Assembly: GCA_012295275.1 (NCBI GenBank)
Contig: CM022665.1
Location: 43,710,001 to 43,774,000, forward strand
DNA length: 64,000 bases
DNA from: Chrysomallon squamiferum
Lineage: Eukaryota > Animalia > Mollusca
Reading direction: 5' to 3'
Under the pieces are notes generated by a model that was not told the DNA's origin, ran no database searches, and saw only the letters and a program-made list of their open reading frames with translations. This document shows, piece after piece, positions 56,906 to 64,000 of this stretch (within the stretch, counting starts at the first letter, position 1; every line of letters begins with the position of its first letter). The position numbers and the translations under genes are program-made.

Positions 56906-59233
56906 CAACAACAGTAGTACTACTGCTACTATTATTAATAAAAAATAATAATCATTATTATATAATAAAAATAATAGGAAAATAAAACAATATATTTTTC
57001 AGCTAATTCACTTTGCAAGCAATCAATCTTTGTTTCTACAATAAAAGTATTATTATTATTATCATCATCATCATCATCATCATCATTATTATTATTATTA
57101 TTATTATTGTTGTTGTTGTTGTGGTTGTTGTGGTTGTTGTTGTTGTTGATGTTGTTAATGGTGGTGGTGGTGGTGTTGGTGTTATTTTTCTTATCACACA
57201 CAAAACGTACATTAAAAGACCTCTCTCGCACAAAACCACAGTAACACTGTAACGATTAGTCTTATTTCGTACGCACAACTGGATTTCCAATTCGCAAAAC
57301 AAAAAAAAAAAAAACCTATTAAACCATCACAAAACACCTCAAAGAAAATGCGGACAAAAAAAAAAAAAAAAACACCGCGAAGAACCACAACCAAACAACA
57401 ACAGAAAGTCACAAATCGACACCCTCCCTTCCCTGTTGAGCGTCATCATGTTTTGAACATCGTTTTTTTTTTTTTTTTTTTTTTTTTAAACCAACAACAG
57501 TGTCAAAGACGGGAATGCCAATATCCGAGCGGTGTCACTATCAATTTGCTTCAACGATGACAAACTGCTATTTTCAAACTCTTAGCAAGAATTCTTCTTC
57601 TTTTTTTTTTTTTTTTTTTATTGTGTTAGTGTCAAATAGTCAAAGCCCTGTTTTAGGTGTCTGACTTGTGTGTATTTATTATTTCTACGAAAGAGATAGT
57701 TGGGGTTTTGGGGGTTTTTTTTTTTTTTTTTTTCTCTCACAACAAGGTGATTTAGGAGTAGGAAAACTTCTCTCAAATCAACGACTCGTCTGGTCGAGTC
57801 ATTACAGCGGCCACCGCGAAGTCGTCGCTTTGTGCTTGCGAGGGTCCAAGCACGCCCGACGTGGACTCGATGAATTTCTAAATGTACGAAATAAAAATGT
57901 AAATGTAACGCGGTTTATGGAATGGTACGCACTATAAAAATCTTGTCTTGTGATGCAAGTTTACACATACAGACACGAACAAAATGAAGTACATTTTCAT
58001 TAGTTTTAAAAAAATAATAATAAAATAAAAAGGTTTTCCTTTCCCGGATTCTAATATGTTTTTTAGCAAATACAAAATATTTTTCTCTTAAGTATATTTT
58101 TATTAGTGTAAGAAAAGGATTTGTAACTGTGATACTGGTAAACCATGAAGTCTGTTTTGAATAGTTTTTGTTATTATTATTATTATTATTATTTTTAAGT
58201 GCTTTCGTATTTCATTTTTCGTGTAAGATTTTACATAGCGAATTTCTGTTGTATATAAAACCGAAGGCAGAGCGATTTGGGACACTTTATGACGTTAAAC
58301 ATGGGCATAAATTTCACAATTTACCTTTATGAACAAAAACAAAAAGGTAGCGCGGAACTGGGTTGCTAGTGCACGGCAAAGTCTTGTTTTGAATATTTTC
58401 CATATATATATATATCCCAAAGATTTAAGAACGATTGTTATGAATGTATATAAACCGGATAGTGAATGAGATGATACTAAGTCTAGATAAACTGAGTCGG
58501 TTAGTCAAGTAACAGGCAACATGAATAATCCAGCTCGGTTCGGTTTTTCTACAGAACTGTTTCCAGTTACTTCTCTTCTAATCGTTTATAAAGGATTACA
58601 GTATTATTTTAAAAAAAAATTGTTACCCATGAGAAGGTAAACCGAAAAAATTTCTTCCCGCTAATCTAAAATTGTAGTTATTTGCATGAATTCAATCCGT
58701 TTTTTTCTTCTTTTGTGGTTTTCAAAAAAACAGAGCGGCGAATTAAAAAAATAATTTCGAGAACGTCAACTAAATAAAACTCTATATATATACACTTTCC
58801 AAAGATTCGATCTCGTTATCTGCGGTTCGAAAGGCATTTGACTTAACCTCACTGACACGGACGTCTGGTCGCCCAGGTTGGATTAGAAGTGACACGGAAC
58901 GCCGCCATTGCGGCTGGTGAATCCAGTGTGCAGATAAATGTCACGTGTCTAAAATATTTTTTTAAATTGCTCTTTGACCTCTGCGGTGGGGAGGAACAAT
59001 GGAACCACGATTACAAGTGACACGAGTTGTCTACCTTTCAGTAACATTACGTGTCACTCTGTCAATGAGTTTATCTTCGTTGAGCATACGTAAAATAACA
59101 CATCAGATGAAGTTAGTTCACGAAGTAGATTTGTTATTCGTTTGTGTTAAGCCGTCTTTAAAATGTACGTGAACGTGAGTTTGTTTTCAGAACAGATTTG
59201 CAGATAAATATATATATATATATATTATGATTT

Positions 59234-59322
<89 letters not shown>

Positions 59323-61104
59323 TAAATACTCACACGCGCGCGGAACACACACACACACACACACACAAAGATACACAGACTCATACATCAGATGACTGGT
59401 ACATTTATTTATTTATTTATTTACACACCCTTCTTCGTTTCTCTATTTATACAAGTCAGCTTACAAGGTAGACTCAGAATATTTTCCTAGGAGTTTCGCC
59501 CAAGTATCATTTTCATGTTTTATAAATGTTAAATTACAGTGCAGATCAGTGCATACAGGTTGACAAATTCAGGAAGAACAGAGGGTGTGTAAAAAAAAAA
59601 AAAAGGAAAAAAAAAGAAGCGAAAACAAGAGTAGAAAATTCACAAAATACAAAGATCTCGCAATGTTTGAGATTTCATTTCAAGACATTTGGTTTCCACG
59701 TGAAATAAAAAAAAAAAAAAAAAAAAAAAAAAAAGATGACGAAATTTCTTGATAGCAATCTTCCCAAATCTCAATGTAAACTGATACAAAACACAAACAG
59801 TCACCGTTATTTCTCCAATACGTTAACAAACGTAACTGGACTTCTTTTTTTTTTTTTTTTTTTTTTTAAAGAAATTTACTTTTTACCCCCGCCGTTAATT
59901 CTTCCAGTACTTTAACAGATGTAACGGGACTTTAAACCCTTCGAGTGTCTTCTGTGATAATTGCTGTAATATTTTTACAATACTAGATTATAATGAAGGT
60001 ATTTACGTTTGACTCGGAGTTATGATAATACGGCTTGCGTCCGAAAAGACGAGCTTGTATCAACATGATCAAACGAGCGCGAAAAAACACGTGTGTCGAT
60101 TCACGTGTTTGCAATCATCTCTGTCGAGAGTTCTTAACAAACAGTTAGTGTGTTCGTACCCTTTCAGTTTTGTTGTGTAATTAGGAGGAATGAATTGTGA
60201 ATGAGTTAAAAGAAGAAATAAATAAGTTACGGACGAATGAAGGAATGGAATGGTAAATGGAACAAAGAATAAATAAATAATAGATGAATGAATGAATGAA
60301 TGAACGAATGAATGAATACTTTATACTATAATAAACTTTATATAATTATAGTCAAAAAATAAATAAAAATAATAAAATAAATAAATAAATAAACACAATA
60401 ACAAAAATTAAATTAAAATTAAAAATAAAATTAAAATTAACATTAAGAATAAAATATATAAATAATTAATTAATTAAATAAATAAATAATGAATGAATGA
60501 ATGATAAACGAATTAAAGAACAAATAAATAACAGATAAATAACAGATAAATAAATAAATAAGTAAATAAGTAACAAATAAACGAAAAATAATTGGAGGAC
60601 TGATTAACAGTAAAAATATTTTGAATTAAAAAACGATGGAACGAATGTCGGGCAGAAGAACGAATTAATAATTATACTGATAAGTTTCTGAACACCAAAA
60701 AACAGAAGCATATCGTAATTAACCTTCAGTCAGCACTGAAGAGAGAGGGGGGAGTACACTGATCCACAGGTGGGGGGGCGATAACTCTGTAACAACATTC
60801 TTCCAAGAAAGAGCCTGCTGAAGCACGCCTAACGTGGTCTCAGTCTGTAAGACCACGTCATAAAGACAAGCGAAGTTTCACTTGATTAAGCTGACATGTT
60901 TTTATTGCCCGCTGGGGTGAGAGAAAAAAAAAAAACCCGCCCAGGTGACCCATGAGATAAAAAGTTAAACCGATCTCCCGAGTTAATGAGGCGAATAAAT
61001 CCTCTACATTAGTGAAAAGTGATGTGTAATTTTCTGGAGGTATTTCGGTACTTCCAGGTGTATTGCGGTTCTTTGTGGCAAACAGGCTGCGATTCCTCCA
61101 AGTG

Positions 61105-61141
<37 letters not shown>

Positions 61142-61232
61142 CAACATAATTGTTAATTTTTTTTTTTTTTTTTTTTTTTTCAAAGATGTATGTGAAATGT
61201 GTACAGTTGAACTTGTTATAACAGGCCGCACA

Positions 61233-61303
<71 letters not shown>

Positions 61304-61599
61304 TATATGTTTATCGCGTAACTGTGTTTTTACGTGATTGAGTGCACTGTACGTGTTTATTTATTATCTCATAAATTAACTCTTTTTTCTCTTTCTTGTC
61401 TATATAAACACAAGAAAAGCTAATTAGACAAGAATAACAACAATAAACATTCTCTTCCTGAAATAGAAAATAAATAAATAAATAAATAAATAAATAAAAG
61501 AAGAATAAAAAGAAAAGAAAAAAAAAAAGAAATAAGGAAAAATGAGAAACAAAATAAAATAAAATGTGAATAAAGATAACACAAAAATATTAAATTTGG

Positions 61600-62120
61600 T
61601 TACGTTATCTTCGAGCACGAGGGACGGGGGAAAAAAAAAAAAAGAAGAAGAAAAAGCAACAACTCAGTCTGGCTAGACGTAGTGCGAACCCAAACACGCT
61701 CTCTTATTACTTTCGGTTCAGCCGGTGAAAGAAAAGATAAGAAAACAAAACACAACAAAACACTACCACGTGTAATAAATTTAGCCAAAGCGCAGAAGAG
61801 ACGTCGACTCGACGTAATGACACCCAATGACGTCACTCGTCTGAAGCGCTTCGCGAAAACACGGGACTTGAAGAAATGTAAACACGACTTCGCGTTATGT
61901 CAGAAGAATTACCTTTGCCTTTGAAACGGACGAAGACGGCGACTGTTTTTGTCCCCATCTCGTTGTTTTTGCGTCCACCCGATTACAAGAAAGCAATATG
62001 TTTGCGCAGGCTCGGCAGCATCTCGGAGAATGTTTGTCCAATGTGCATCAAACGTGCGAAGGACCGTTTCGCTTCGTAAGACAAACAAAAACGTTACTCA
62101 ATCGCGTTTTCACCGAAACC
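61600..62120. promoter_or_regulatory. CpG-rich island with stacked palindromes
   Basis: ACGTCGA-C-TCGACGT (61801-61817 region), TGACGTCA 61828, GAAGCGCTTC, TTCGCGAA, CACGTG 61767. Confidence 0.45.
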
Positions 62121-62351
62121 GCTGCCCCTTTGTAAATAAACAAGCCTTTACGAAAATTCTTTTTGTATTCAGACTGGTCTGTGCTTTGCGATGTCCCTCT
62201 GAAAGGTCTGGAAGCAATCTGTTAAAGGTTTTTTTTTTTTTTTTTTTATGATTTCCCATGAGTCGTCAGAACAATCTATCAACCAATCAAACCACTTTCT
62301 GTACAGTTAACAGATATTCCTAATTAGCTGCAGCGTGGTAAAAAAAAAGTC

Positions 62352-62406
<55 letters not shown>

Positions 62407-63393
62407 TTTGGTGGAAATGTTTTGAAGAATTTGATTCTTGCTGTATGGTGAATTATGTAACTGTTTCAGGAGAAACTTTTATTTATTTTTTTTTTATTTA
62501 TTTTTATTATTATTATTTTTTTTTTAGCGATTTTATTTAAAGTTAATTTTGTATAAGAATTTATAGTGGAAAGAGACTGAATTTGTAGCTCACACGCACG
62601 CACACACATACACACACTAAGACACACGTACTTGCTATAGAAATGCCATACAAACACAAAATATATAAATATATTTAATAAAAGCCAAGAAGTATTAAAT
62701 AATATTTTTTAACGAGAAAGTATTAAAATTTTTTTTAACGAGAAACCTAATCGAATAATATCTCATAATAAACTCTTTTTATTCTGTTTCATGTCCTATT
62801 TCAGTGCAGAATTAATCATCTTTTATATAAACTCACTGCCACTAACATATAATTACGCTTCTGAAAAGATTTATATTAACTGCGACATAAAACATTTAAA
62901 AGTAAATAAAAACACATCTTCTATATCTTTAAACGAAATAAAATGAATTTTTCCCATGGCCGTATCTGGCCACACAGGAAGTGATGAAATGCGCAAGCGC
63001 CTTTTTCTGATAATCTTTGACCTCTTCTCCCCCCCACTCCATGACGCGCACCGATACTGTACCGTCACTTTTACGTTTCTTGAATCAAAAATATTTTACG
63101 ACAATTAATAAAACGACAAACTGAATTATTTTTTATTTTTGCAGTTTCAGGCCAAAACGCTTGAAAGTAAAAATCTAGACGAATATGACCAAAATAATAA
63201 TAATAATAATAAAATATATATATAAATAATAATAATAAATAATATTAAAAAAAAAAATTAAAGTAACATAAAGTAAAATAAAATAAAATAAAATAAATAA
63301 TAATAGTAATATTAAGAAGAAGAAGAAGAAGAAGAAGAAAAAGAAAGAAAGAACGAACAGAAAAACAAGATAATAATAAAAAATAAATAAATA

Positions 63394-63443
<50 letters not shown>

Positions 63444-64000
63444 GAAGAAGAAGAAGAAAAAGAAGAAGAAGAAGAAGAAAGAAACACAAAGAAAAGCAGT
63501 ATAAATGAATATGAAATAGTGTCAACACGATGTATTATTATTATTATTATATTTAATTACAAAATTAAATTAAAATTACGAATTATTAACACAATTATTA
63601 TTATTACACGTAAGAAAAGCAAAACAAACTCAAAAACACGTTTTTTTTTTTTTTTTGAACACAACAACAAATAATTCATTAATTAACACGCAATTTCTCA
63701 CACGATGCATTAAAAAAAAAAAAAAATTTTTTTTAAAGTTTTCGTATCGGAATTTTTTTTTTACAAATAATTCTAATTAATTAACAGCGCACAATTTCTC
63801 GTAAAAATTTGTCTTTTTTTTAAAAAAAAACCGGTGTGTGTGTGTGTGTGTGTGTGTGTGAATCAGAACATTATTAAAACACGGTGGACAAAAAAAAAAA
63901 AAAAAAAAAAAAATATCTGAACACTTGCGCACTCGCGCATGTGGCCAATTAGTGACTGAGTAAAACACCGCAACACACCTGTCAGAAAAAAAAACACTTG

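Overview
Eukaryotic (animal, probably mollusc/gastropod; inference from repeat content) AT-rich genomic DNA containing one protein-coding gene. It is a two-exon TIS11/ZFP36 (tristetraprolin-family) tandem CCCH zinc-finger gene on the minus strand. Exon 1 (2257-2204, MSTAQLSSFYDVGDVIYQ) is missed by the ORF track and splices through a 774-nt phase-0 GT-AG intron to exon 2 (1429-188), giving about 431 aa. A TATA(-30)/Inr/CCAAT/GC-box promoter sits at about 2.3-2.45 kb. The remaining ~61.5 kb upstream has no credible CDS. It is a gene desert in which microsatellites, poly-A/T runs, old SINE fragments and small MITEs alternate with 200-600-bp CpG-containing islands dense in palindromic TF motifs (about 31 CACGTG, 6 perfect CREs, perfect DR1/DR3/DR4 nuclear-receptor elements, RFX, CTCF, E2F, UPRE, HSE). 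The most unusual structure is at 39.6-41.8 kb: a ~1.4-kb imperfect palindrome plus a third upstream copy, sharing a 136-bp hairpin-rich core that is ~96-97% identical across copies while the flank of the third copy has decayed. All coordinates and counts were read by eye; no searches were run.
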